DNA of 21,607 nucleotides from Candidatus Hermodarchaeota archaeon. Lineage in GTDB: Archaea > Asgardarchaeota > Lokiarchaeia > Sigyniarchaeales > SOKP01. The stretch covers positions 1 to 21,607 of the forward strand of contig JBHLLO010000051.1 in NCBI GenBank assembly GCA_048885535.1. Reading direction: 5' to 3'. The notes beneath the pieces are model-generated. The model was not told where the DNA came from and searched no databases. It was given only the letters and a program-made list of their open reading frames with translations. The position numbers and the translations under genes were made by a program. Shown here piece by piece: positions 8,810-16,954 of the stretch. Position 1 is the stretch's first letter. Each line of letters begins with the position of its first letter.

Positions 8810-9751
8810 ATGGAACAATTATTAAAAGATGCCGAAAAAATTAAATCCTTGGAAATCCAAGGAGCATTAAATGTTGCAGTGAGTGCTATTAGCTTTTTAC
8901 ATGACTATGCATATAGAATTGGCAAAAATCTTAGTATAGATGATTTAATTGAGAAAATTCAAGAAGCCAAGGAGATTTTATTAGAAACAAGAGCTACGGA
9001 ACCAGCTATGAGAAATGGACTTAATTACCTTATGAATAAAATAAAAAAAGAGAGAAAATCATTATCGATAACTAAATTATTAGAACTTATCTCTTTCTGT
9101 AAAGATGAATATAAGAAAATACTTCAAACAGCAAAGATGAAAATAGCAGAGATTGGAGCAAGAAGATTTCCTGATGTAGGAACTAATGATAAATTTATTG
9201 TTATGACACATTGTCATTCATCCGTTGTAACTGCTATTCTTATTGAAGCAAAAAGACAGGGAAAAGAATTTAAGGTTATAAATACTGAAACCCAACCAAG
9301 GTTGCAAGGGCGGAAGACAGCTAAAGAACTTTTGGATGCTGGAATTGAAGTTATTCATGTAGTAGATAGTGCTATGCGATGGGCAGTTAATCATTTTGAA
9401 GTTGATTTAATTTTAATTGGAGCAGATAGCATAACTAGTGAAGGTACTGTGTTAAATAAAATTGGATCGCGATTGCTAGCTCTTGTCGCTCATGAGGAAC
9501 ACGTTCCATTTTATGTTGCATCTCCACTCTTAAAGTATAATCCCCAGACATCATTTGGTATTCTAGAAAGGATAGAAATGCGAGATTCTCAAGAAATTTG
9601 GAAAAATGCCCCTAAAGGATTAACCATATTAAATCCAGCATTTGAAACCGTAAGTAGGAGATATATTGATGGATTGTTAACAGAGGCAGGTCTATTTGCT
9701 TCAAGCCATGTCCATTATTATTTTTCAAAATTATATCCAGAATTAATCTAA
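8810..9751 (+). CDS. e2b2: Ribose-1,5-bisphosphate isomerase (eIF2B alpha/beta/delta family)
   Basis: MTHCHS (catalytic Cys), GADSIT...NKIG (catalytic Asp), IEMRD, NPAF. Lies 20 nt upstream of RuBisCO. Confidence 0.85.
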   Translation: MEQLLKDAEKIKSLEIQGALNVAVSAISFLHDYAYRIGKNLSIDDLIEKIQEAKEILLETRATEPAMRNGLNYLMNKIKKERKSLSITKLLELISFCKDEYKKILQTAKMKIAEIGARRFPDVGTNDKFIVMTHCHSSVVTAILIEAKRQGKEFKVINTETQPRLQGRKTAKELLDAGIEVIHVVDSAMRWAVNHFEVDLILIGADSITSEGTVLNKIGSRLLALVAHEEHVPFYVASPLLKYNPQTSFGILERIEMRDSQEIWKNAPKGLTILNPAFETVSRRYIDGLLTEAGLFASSHVHYYFSKLYPELI

Positions 9752-9771
9752 ATTTAATAAAGTGAAATTGA

Positions 9772-11046
9772 ATGAAATATGAGGATTTTTTAGATTTAGA
9801 ATATCTTCCAGATGAAGAAGATCTAATATGTTTATTTAAGATCAAGCCTAGAAAAGGGTTCTCTGTTGAGAAAGTAGCGATTAGAGTTGCTGCTGAAAGC
9901 AGTAATGGGACATGGACAGCTTTAACAATTCCTGATCATATCACTAAACTTAGTGCCAAAGTATATCATATAAATGGAGAATATGTTAAAATTGCTTATC
10001 CTAATGATTTATTTGAAGAGGGAAATATGCCTCAAATTTTAAGTTCTATAGCAGGAAATGTATTTGGGATGAAGGCTTTAGAAGGATTAAGACTTATTGA
10101 CGTAAAATGGCCATTAAACATCCTAAAGTCTTTTAAAGGACCTCAATTTGGAGTTAATGGAATAAGAAAGATGTTAAAAATAGAAAAGCGTCCAATTACG
10201 GCAACAGTCCCAAAACCTAAAGTAGGTTATTATCCAGAAGAGCATGCTCAACATGGATACGAGATTTGGTCGGGCGGTGTAGATCTTCTTAAAGATGATG
10301 AAAATCTCTCAAGCCAAAAGTTTAATAAATTCGAAGAGAGACTTCAATTGAGCATGAATATGAGAGAGAAGGCTGAGAATGAAACAGGAGAGCGAAAGAG
10401 TTATTTAATTAATATAACTGCTGAGGTGGAAGAAATGAAAAAGCGTGCTCAGTTAGTAAATGATTATGGTAATGAATATATAATGATTGACATTTTCACA
10501 ACTGGTTGGTCATCTGTACAAACGATTAGAGATCTTTGCGATGAGCTAGAGTTAGCTATACATGCTCATAGGGCATTTCATGCAGCATTCGATCGTAATC
10601 CCGATCATGGTATTTCTATGAAAGTTCTTGCTGAAATTGCTAGAATGCAGGGTGTTGATCAACTACATATTGGAGGATTAGGTAAATTGGCAGGAGGAAG
10701 AACAGAAGTAAAAAATAATTATATTAAATGTTACAGTGAATCAAATTTAGAGAATGATGAGATGCTTGAACAAAATTGGTATAATTTAAAACCTGTTTTT
10801 GGTGTTTGTTCTGGAGGTTTACACCCAGGAATAATGCATAGATTGATGGAACTTTTATCAACCGACATTGTTGTTCAAGCGGGAGGTGGTGTTTTAGGTC
10901 ATCCAGGCGGCACAGAGAGCGGTGCGAAAGCATTAAGACAAGCTATTGATGCCTATATGGATGGGATAAGCGTAAGTGAATATGCAAAAAGCCATCAAGA
11001 ATTAGCACAGGCTTTAAATCTTTGGGGGGATGAAACCCCAATTTAA
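9772..11046 (+). CDS. rbcL: Form III (archaeal-type) RuBisCO large subunit
   Basis: AAESSNGTW, AGNVFGMK, KPKVG, carbamylation motif DLLKDDENL, HAHRA, loop-6 GKL, SGGLHPG, QAGGGVLGHP. The catalytic residue set is retained, which argues against a form IV RLP. Confidence 0.95.
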   Translation: MKYEDFLDLEYLPDEEDLICLFKIKPRKGFSVEKVAIRVAAESSNGTWTALTIPDHITKLSAKVYHINGEYVKIAYPNDLFEEGNMPQILSSIAGNVFGMKALEGLRLIDVKWPLNILKSFKGPQFGVNGIRKMLKIEKRPITATVPKPKVGYYPEEHAQHGYEIWSGGVDLLKDDENLSSQKFNKFEERLQLSMNMREKAENETGERKSYLINITAEVEEMKKRAQLVNDYGNEYIMIDIFTTGWSSVQTIRDLCDELELAIHAHRAFHAAFDRNPDHGISMKVLAEIARMQGVDQLHIGGLGKLAGGRTEVKNNYIKCYSESNLENDEMLEQNWYNLKPVFGVCSGGLHPGIMHRLMELLSTDIVVQAGGGVLGHPGGTESGAKALRQAIDAYMDGISVSEYAKSHQELAQALNLWGDETPI

Positions 11047-11100
11047 TTATATTTTCTATTGATGAGTGTTTAATCTAACTTTTTTATTTAATTATTTGAA

Positions 11101-11120
11101 AAAAAGAAAAAATTTTATAC
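11101..11120 (+). promoter_or_regulatory. Putative BRE/TATA promoter for the eL22 gene
   Basis: Purine-rich AAAAAGAAAAAA followed by TTTTATAC, ending 32 nt before ATG 11153 and preceded by T-rich terminator-like sequence after rbcL. Confidence 0.45.
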
Positions 11121-11152
11121 ATTCTTTAATTATTCTATTGAGTGGTTAAAAC

Positions 11153-11476
11153 ATGAGCGAATTAGAAACTAAAGAGATAATCATAGATGTTAAAGAATTA
11201 ATTTTAGCTCCAAAAGTTGGTAAAGAACAACATGCTGAAGATCTATTAAGATTTATGATTGAACAACTACCTCAAATAGAGATTAATCGAAATGGAAATA
11301 CGTTTGAAGTTAAAATGCCAAAAAAGTTATCAAAAAGAGCAATAAGATTAAGAATTAAAAAATTCTTGTATCAAAGAAATCTCTTTAATGAATTTAGACC
11401 TATTTTATATAAAACCCATGAATTGGAAGGGTATATAATCAAAAAGAGAAAAATTTTAGAATTATCCTATTACTAA
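11153..11476 (+). CDS. rpl22e: Ribosomal protein eL22 (L22e) homolog
   Basis: 107-aa basic protein. 'IIID' N-terminal strand and LSKRAIRLRIKKFLYQRNLFNEFRPI resemble the eL22 signature ([26 protein letters not shown]). Confidence 0.75.
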   Translation: MSELETKEIIIDVKELILAPKVGKEQHAEDLLRFMIEQLPQIEINRNGNTFEVKMPKKLSKRAIRLRIKKFLYQRNLFNEFRPILYKTHELEGYIIKKRKILELSYY

Positions 11477-11529
11477 ATTATTCTCTTTTAAAAAATAATT
11501 ATTAATAATTTGAAAATTCTATTTTAAAT

Positions 11530-12492
11530 GTGGATTTAAAAGAAATTAAAGTTAGGTCAATTAATGACATTTTGACTTGCATAAATTTAGCAAGTTCATT
11601 AGAAGTTGCAGGATGGCCAAAACCAGGTAATGTTCACAGAACAAAGAATTTTCAGAAAACTCGATATGAACATTTCCTCTCTGGTATTGCAGCAATCCAA
11701 CCACTTTTTAGGAGATTTTGTCTCAAAATAATTATTAGAGCCAAACACGTAAACCAGAACTATTCATTTGTGGAACTAGGTCATTTTTTTAAAAAAGCGA
11801 CTAAAGCTATGATGAAGTGGCAATTTGGGGGTAATGTCTTACTAGGACATATTCTGATTTTAGCACCCCTAAGTGCAGCAGTATGTATTTGTAAGAAATT
11901 AAAAATGTTCTCTCTAAATAATCTTAAGACATTTCTTGAGAATATAATAAGGGATACAACTGTTGAAGATACAATATATCTTTATCAAGCAATAAAAATT
12001 TGTAACCCTGGTGGATTAGGAAGAATTACAAAATATGATCTTAATGATGATAATTCTATTACTGAAATCCAGCAAGATAATATAAATTTAAAAAGAATTT
12101 TTGAATTATCAAAAGAGTATGATTTAATCAGTTATGAATATGCTAGTGGATTTCAAATAGTTTTAAATGAAGGGCTTCCAATCTTTTTAGAGCATTTTAG
12201 ACAATATAATGATATTAATATTGCTACAGTTAATACATTTTTAAGGCTTCTAAGTAATCATCCTGATACATTAATAATAAGAAAATCGGGTAAAGAGGCT
12301 GCATTATCAGTTTCTAAAGCAGCTTTAGGAGTACTCCAAAATGGAGGTATCAAAACAAGAAAAGGATTAAAAATGGCAGTCAAACTTGACAATGAGTTAT
12401 ATAGAGCTAAAGGAAAATTAAATCCAGGGACAACAGCAGATTTGATTGCAGGTGTAATATTCTGTGCCTTAATATTTGGATTAAAGTTTTAG
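11530..12492 (+). CDS. citG: CitG-family triphosphoribosyl-dephospho-CoA synthase-like protein
   Basis: LEVAGWPKPGNVHR, NVLLG, PDTLIIRKSG and C-terminal LNPGTTADL are characteristic CitG motifs. Confidence 0.88.
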   Translation: MDLKEIKVRSINDILTCINLASSLEVAGWPKPGNVHRTKNFQKTRYEHFLSGIAAIQPLFRRFCLKIIIRAKHVNQNYSFVELGHFFKKATKAMMKWQFGGNVLLGHILILAPLSAAVCICKKLKMFSLNNLKTFLENIIRDTTVEDTIYLYQAIKICNPGGLGRITKYDLNDDNSITEIQQDNINLKRIFELSKEYDLISYEYASGFQIVLNEGLPIFLEHFRQYNDINIATVNTFLRLLSNHPDTLIIRKSGKEAALSVSKAALGVLQNGGIKTRKGLKMAVKLDNELYRAKGKLNPGTTADLIAGVIFCALIFGLKF

Positions 12493-12576
12493 AAAAAGCA
12501 AAAATTTTAGTTTAAAGCACAATAATTTAAACATGAGATTATAGTTACTGAAATAACAATTAAACCGGTATTTCTT

Positions 12577-12927
12577 ATGGAATTTTGTGATGAATGTGGT
12601 AGTATGATGTTTCCCTCTCTGGTCGATGGAGTTAAAGTTTTAAAATGTAAATGTGGTGCAATAAAACCATTTACTGAGGAGAAATCTGAATCTTATAAGG
12701 TAAGCACAAAAATTGAACATCCTATTCGAAATGAGGTCATAAACTTAACAGAAGTAATGGATTGGAAAGAAAGAAATCTTAGAAGTTCAATAAAGAATTT
12801 TAAATGCCCTAAATGTGGTTATACTAAAGCACATTTAGAGACAAGACAAACAAGAAGAGCAGATGAAGGCATGACCCATTTCATCACTTGCCTTAAATGT
12901 GGTAAAATGAAGAAGATCGGTAGTTAA
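12577..12927 (+). CDS. tfs: Transcription factor S / RpoM-like protein (TFIIS-type two-Zn-ribbon cleavage factor)
   Basis: MEFCDECGSMMFP...CKCG N-terminal ribbon; CPKCG...QTRRADEGMTHFITCLKCG C-terminal ribbon with an intact acidic DE hairpin. Confidence 0.9.
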   Translation: MEFCDECGSMMFPSLVDGVKVLKCKCGAIKPFTEEKSESYKVSTKIEHPIRNEVINLTEVMDWKERNLRSSIKNFKCPKCGYTKAHLETRQTRRADEGMTHFITCLKCGKMKKIGS

Positions 12928-13253
12928 TTAAAAGAATCATTCCGTTCCTTTAGTAATTTTTTTATTATTTCTTCCTCTTTTCTCTTTTCTTTAAATTTAA
13001 TCTGAATTACTTTATAAGTACCTTTTAAACCAGATATAAATCGAATTTGATCACTATCTATTTCTAGTTGTTTTTTTAATAATTGTATTAACTCAATATT
13101 AGCTTTATTTTGAAGCGGTTTAGATACTAAACTAATTATAATGAGATTGGAATCATAATCTATTCTAACTTTTTGAGCTCTCGAGTTAGGTTTTACTCTG
13201 ATATTTAAAATATAAGTTGTATCAGATTTTTTTTTAATTAAGCTCATATTCAA
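12924..13253 (-). CDS. DUF167 / UPF0235 (YggU-like) protein
   Basis: IRVKPNS...P.QNKANIELI.LL...I...G...K pattern. Its stop overlaps the tfs stop in TTAA at 12924-12927. Confidence 0.85.
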   Translation of the reverse strand: MNMSLIKKKSDTTYILNIRVKPNSRAQKVRIDYDSNLIIISLVSKPLQNKANIELIQLLKKQLEIDSDQIRFISGLKGTYKVIQIKFKEKRKEEEIIKKLLKERNDSFN

Positions 13254-13273
13254 ATTTAATGAAGTTTCTATTC

Positions 13274-14665
13274 TTACTCAATGTAATGGTCAATATTACT
13301 TTTTAATCTATTAAATGAAGGTATTGATAAACGTATACCTCCAGCAAGTTTATGACCACCTCCATTACCACCCAGTTCCTCTTTAATTTTTGTAATTACC
13401 TTATTAACACCTAATTGTTTATTAATTTCTAAAAATCTTCTTGAACATCGTATACTGAGTTTAATCATTTGAGTCTTTTTTTCCAAACCTCCTAAAAATA
13501 ACATCTTCTCAGGGTTAATTAGTTCATTAACCATACTAAAACTTGCTGTATCTGACCAATTACTTGGGGGTATTTTCCCATTGCCGGCATCGATAAAAAC
13601 CGCTCTTTCAGTTTCAAATCGATTTAGTTCATTAGAAACGGTTTTTAAATTCATAGTTAGATTACTTATATAATCATAATAAAGTGTTTTGGCATAGCGT
13701 GTAATCCCTTTTTGCTGAATCATTGATAAGGCAGCACTAATGTTTTTAAAGGATAAAATGTTTAATAATAAAGCGTGTTCAAATACAAATTGTAACAATC
13801 CTTCCTTTTGTGGCAATATGGCATAATGACCTTCACTCAAATTTGTAGCTCCTTTGATAGCTTTTATTTCAGTTGATGTTAATTCACTTACTCCTTTATT
13901 CGGAGTTATTTGCAATTTATTTAGAAAAGAAGTAATGGTTAAATCACTTTCTCCTCCAAAGTTTTTGACAAAAGGCAAAATACTGTATTTTAATCCATTT
14001 TTGATCGAATTATGCATTCCTCCGAACAAAATTAGCCCTTGTTTATCTTCTATTAATTCCTCATGAACTAGTTCTTCATATATTTCTTTATTAAAGGATT
14101 CCAATCTATCCATTGGCCTTAGAGAGTCCCCTGCTATTCCTATTGCTGTTAACCAAGCGTGCTTTATAATGTTTGGAGTAATTAGTTTCGCAAACATGTA
14201 TGTTAAAGTAGCCCCTGCGATATGATCAAGACCATCATATCCATATATAGTTGGATTTACAAAAATTAAATTCTCAGGGAAATCATTGAACTGAAAATCA
14301 TTTTCTACCTCATGATGGTCTAAAATAAAGAATTGCTCTTTTCTATCAATTATTATTGGAATTAATTCTGTTAGAGTAGAGCCAATGTCAGTTAGGATTA
14401 AGGCAGTTTTCTCATTTTGTCTTTTGGGTAGAATTCCATTTAAATAGGTAGCCCAAGAAGAAGAACGATTATAAATGAAGTAATCATAGTTTAAGTTTAA
14501 TCTGTAAAGTAAATTCTGGATAATTTGCAAACTGCTAATTCCATCAGCGTCATTATGAGAAATAGCTATTATATTATTATAAAGGCTTTTAGAATTGTCA
14601 CTGAATAAGTTGGCAGCATTCTCAAGTGTTTCGAGAAACTTTACTCGATCTGGTTTCTTTATCAT
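13274..14665 (-). CDS. DHH-family phosphoesterase (archaeal RecJ/GAN/Cdc45-like)
   Basis: SHNDADG, TDIGS, LDHH, AIGIAGD, SIR, DHHA1 motif GGGHKLAGG; 463 aa. Confidence 0.88.
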   Translation of the reverse strand: MIKKPDRVKFLETLENAANLFSDNSKSLYNNIIAISHNDADGISSLQIIQNLLYRLNLNYDYFIYNRSSSWATYLNGILPKRQNEKTALILTDIGSTLTELIPIIIDRKEQFFILDHHEVENDFQFNDFPENLIFVNPTIYGYDGLDHIAGATLTYMFAKLITPNIIKHAWLTAIGIAGDSLRPMDRLESFNKEIYEELVHEELIEDKQGLILFGGMHNSIKNGLKYSILPFVKNFGGESDLTITSFLNKLQITPNKGVSELTSTEIKAIKGATNLSEGHYAILPQKEGLLQFVFEHALLLNILSFKNISAALSMIQQKGITRYAKTLYYDYISNLTMNLKTVSNELNRFETERAVFIDAGNGKIPPSNWSDTASFSMVNELINPEKMLFLGGLEKKTQMIKLSIRCSRRFLEINKQLGVNKVITKIKEELGGNGGGHKLAGGIRLSIPSFNRLKSNIDHYIE

Positions 14666-14701
14666 ATTTCAATTACAGATTAATTTAATTAGCCAAAATT
14701 C

Positions 14702-14774
14702 TATTTAACACTCTACTTTAAAAGTTTTTTTTTGATATCATTTAATAGATATTTAATACTCTCTTTTAAAGAGA
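14702..14774. repeat. Imperfect 21-bp direct repeat pair with an overlapping inverted repeat in a divergent promoter region
   Basis: TATTTAACACTCTACTTTAAA (14702-14722) versus TATTTAATACTCTCTTTTAAA (14750-14770), 18/21 identical. TCTCTTT-T-AAAGAGA at 14760-14774. Confidence 0.4.
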
Positions 14775-14921
14775 TTTTAAATAAAATAAAAATAAATTTA
14801 ATAAATATAAATATTCCTATAATATCAGAACATTAGAAGAACTTGAACTAAAATTTAAAAACTAAGGAAAAATTATTTAATTCTGATTAATTTTCTGTCT
14901 AAAAAAGCTATATATTGAAGA

Positions 14922-16619
14922 ATGCTAAAAAAGAACATTCAAATTTTTGCAATTGGATTAATTATCATAGGTATTTGCATATTATCAATTTATCAAATAT
15001 ATCATACTCCTCAACTTAGTTCTACAAATTATAATAATGAATTACAAACTCAAGCATTTTCTAAAGAAGATTATTCACCAATAATAGAGGAGGAAAAGCA
15101 AGCATTAGGTAATATCACAGTAACTGATCTCAATTTTAATCAAAAAGGTTTTTTCAACAATTCTGGGAGGTATCCCGATCTTGAAGATGACTTAATTTCT
15201 GGAGCTTTAAACATGCTCTACCTTGGTACTGAATTTGTAGAAACTAAAGATTTAGCCCAAGTAGATAATCTTAATAAAAATATAGTCGACTCAAATAAGA
15301 TTACAGTTATTCTAAATGAATCAATCGACGTAGTATACGATACTACATTTCCTAATGTTGAAGGGTATCTAATATATGGTCCTAGGTTATTTCCTTGTAA
15401 ATTAATCCAATTACTGCTAAAAAATGAGTCAATAAGCATTCAAGAGGTTTCTGAGAATGAATATGAAATAGATCCTTTCAATTTTTTGTATTTCGATTAT
15501 CTTCAGTATTTTGAAACAAATCGTAATACTTTCACAATGTACCTTATTTGGGAGTATAATATCACTATTAGAGATTGGATATTATATCAAGATTCAAAAG
15601 ACAAAATGTTAGTTCAACAACAACAAGAAGTAGTTAGTCCGTTGTTCTATTATAATTTTAGTGTTATAGGGCAAAAGTTTGTTAATTTTTCAGACAGAAT
15701 TTTTTCTGAAGACGTTGATCTTAATCTAAAGCTAAATCTACCTGATAAAGATAGACTTTATGGGCATACTTTAAAAGTGGGTGCCATTGAGATTAATAAC
15801 TTTTTAAATCTGGATAATTCTGTTAATGTTTCAACTGTTGGGAATCGGCAATTAATAAGCTTAACCTTCTCTGCTAATTATACTATTGTATTTATAAATC
15901 CGGTGGAAAAAACCTGGGCGATAGATCGTCTAGTAAAGAATCAAAATATAAGAGAAAGAATATATTTTCCATCTTTAATTGAAGGTCCAAGACACATCCT
16001 CTTGAAATATCTTATGATTTACGAAGATACAATTATTGTTGATCAAGTAATATCAAATTCCTCTTTATTTAGTAGAGATGTTCAGTATTATGATCTTAAT
16101 ATTTCAAAATTAAAAGAAGAATTTCAGCCAAGCTTAATATTTACTAAAAATGCTGTAAAAAAACTAGGAATAAAAATTGTTCTTCCATATCTAATTGTTG
16201 GAGAAACTGCTCCTTTGATAATTAAATATGATGCTAATAGCAATCTAATCATTAAAGTTACTGACATTATTAACATGCCCTTAGTAGGTGTTGATATTGA
16301 ATTATATTATTTTCAGAAAAATTATGGTACATATATTTCTAACGATTTAAATCAAGTAATGTCACCTAGTACTACAAATGAGAATGGTCAGGTAGTGATC
16401 AGATATGTTCCAAATGGTAATTATATTATTAGAATATATGACGGTACAATATTAATAAAAGAAGCTGTCATAAGTACTTATAATGAAATTAATCTTGTTA
16501 GAACCGATCGTATTCATTTTCCATTAGTTATTTTATTCTTTTTGATTATAAGTAGTGTATCTTTATTATTAGGTTTAATATCTTATACACGATACAAAAA
16601 ACGTCGAAATCTTAAATGA
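14922..16619 (+). CDS. Membrane-anchored cell-surface protein (likely glycoprotein) with a C-terminal carboxypeptidase-regulatory-like beta domain
   Basis: N-terminal TM/signal segment, C-terminal TM plus basic tail (RYKKRRNLK), about 11 N-x-S/T sequons, PLVGVDIEL...TTNENG...VPNGNY.I pattern. Confidence 0.75.
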   Translation: MLKKNIQIFAIGLIIIGICILSIYQIYHTPQLSSTNYNNELQTQAFSKEDYSPIIEEEKQALGNITVTDLNFNQKGFFNNSGRYPDLEDDLISGALNMLYLGTEFVETKDLAQVDNLNKNIVDSNKITVILNESIDVVYDTTFPNVEGYLIYGPRLFPCKLIQLLLKNESISIQEVSENEYEIDPFNFLYFDYLQYFETNRNTFTMYLIWEYNITIRDWILYQDSKDKMLVQQQQEVVSPLFYYNFSVIGQKFVNFSDRIFSEDVDLNLKLNLPDKDRLYGHTLKVGAIEINNFLNLDNSVNVSTVGNRQLISLTFSANYTIVFINPVEKTWAIDRLVKNQNIRERIYFPSLIEGPRHILLKYLMIYEDTIIVDQVISNSSLFSRDVQYYDLNISKLKEEFQPSLIFTKNAVKKLGIKIVLPYLIVGETAPLIIKYDANSNLIIKVTDIINMPLVGVDIELYYFQKNYGTYISNDLNQVMSPSTTNENGQVVIRYVPNGNYIIRIYDGTILIKEAVISTYNEINLVRTDRIHFPLVILFFLIISSVSLLLGLISYTRYKKRRNLK

Positions 16620-16945
16620 TTGTTATTTTTATTGATAATTTAGAAAATTTCATTGAATTCTTAAAGAACAGGATAATGAATGAAATTTTCTATGAATTTA
16701 AAGAGAATGTTGATCAATCAGATCTAAGTAGCGAAATTAAAATTGAGATTGTTCTTCATTTTTTAGCTAAAGTTGAAGGAAGCTTAATATTATATGAGAC
16801 TAAATTAGTAATAAATAAACCTATTAGTTCCAATATGGATGAGGAGGTATTAAGTTCATTAAGCAGTATTTTTAATCAAGTTGATCCTTCAATATCTCTT
16901 GTAAAGGGAAAAATAAGAGAAATTTTTCTTTCTTACTCTTCTTAA
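16616..16945 (+). CDS. Hypothetical protein, translationally coupled to the upstream gene
   Basis: 109-aa ORF with ATGA overlap at 16616-16619; fills the space up to the convergent aIF2-gamma gene. Confidence 0.7.
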   Translation: MIVIFIDNLENFIEFLKNRIMNEIFYEFKENVDQSDLSSEIKIEIVLHFLAKVEGSLILYETKLVINKPISSNMDEEVLSSLSSIFNQVDPSISLVKGKIREIFLSYSS

Positions 16946-16954
16946 AACTATTCT

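Noticed and set aside
8810-9751. True eIF2B subunit or MtnA
   Set aside because: The THCHS motif (MtnA has THCN) and adjacency to rbcL favour R15P isomerase.
9612-10933. Minus-strand ORFs 9612-9845 and 10724-10933
   Set aside because: Antisense to e2b2 and rbcL; no recognisable features.
9772-11046. Calvin-cycle autotrophy, or a form IV RuBisCO-like protein
   Set aside because: No PRK or small subunit is present and the adjacent R15Pi points to nucleoside salvage. The retained catalytic residues argue against form IV.
11060-11100. Box C-like TGATGA suggesting a C/D sRNA
   Set aside because: No downstream CTGA box D at a suitable distance.
13854-15439. ORFs 13854-14066 (+) and 15218-15439 (-)
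   Set aside because: Antisense shadows of longer supported genes.
16617-16619. TGA as a selenocysteine codon
   Set aside because: It follows a TM helix and basic tail that form a natural C-terminus, overlaps the next ATG, and no SECIS-like element was recognised.
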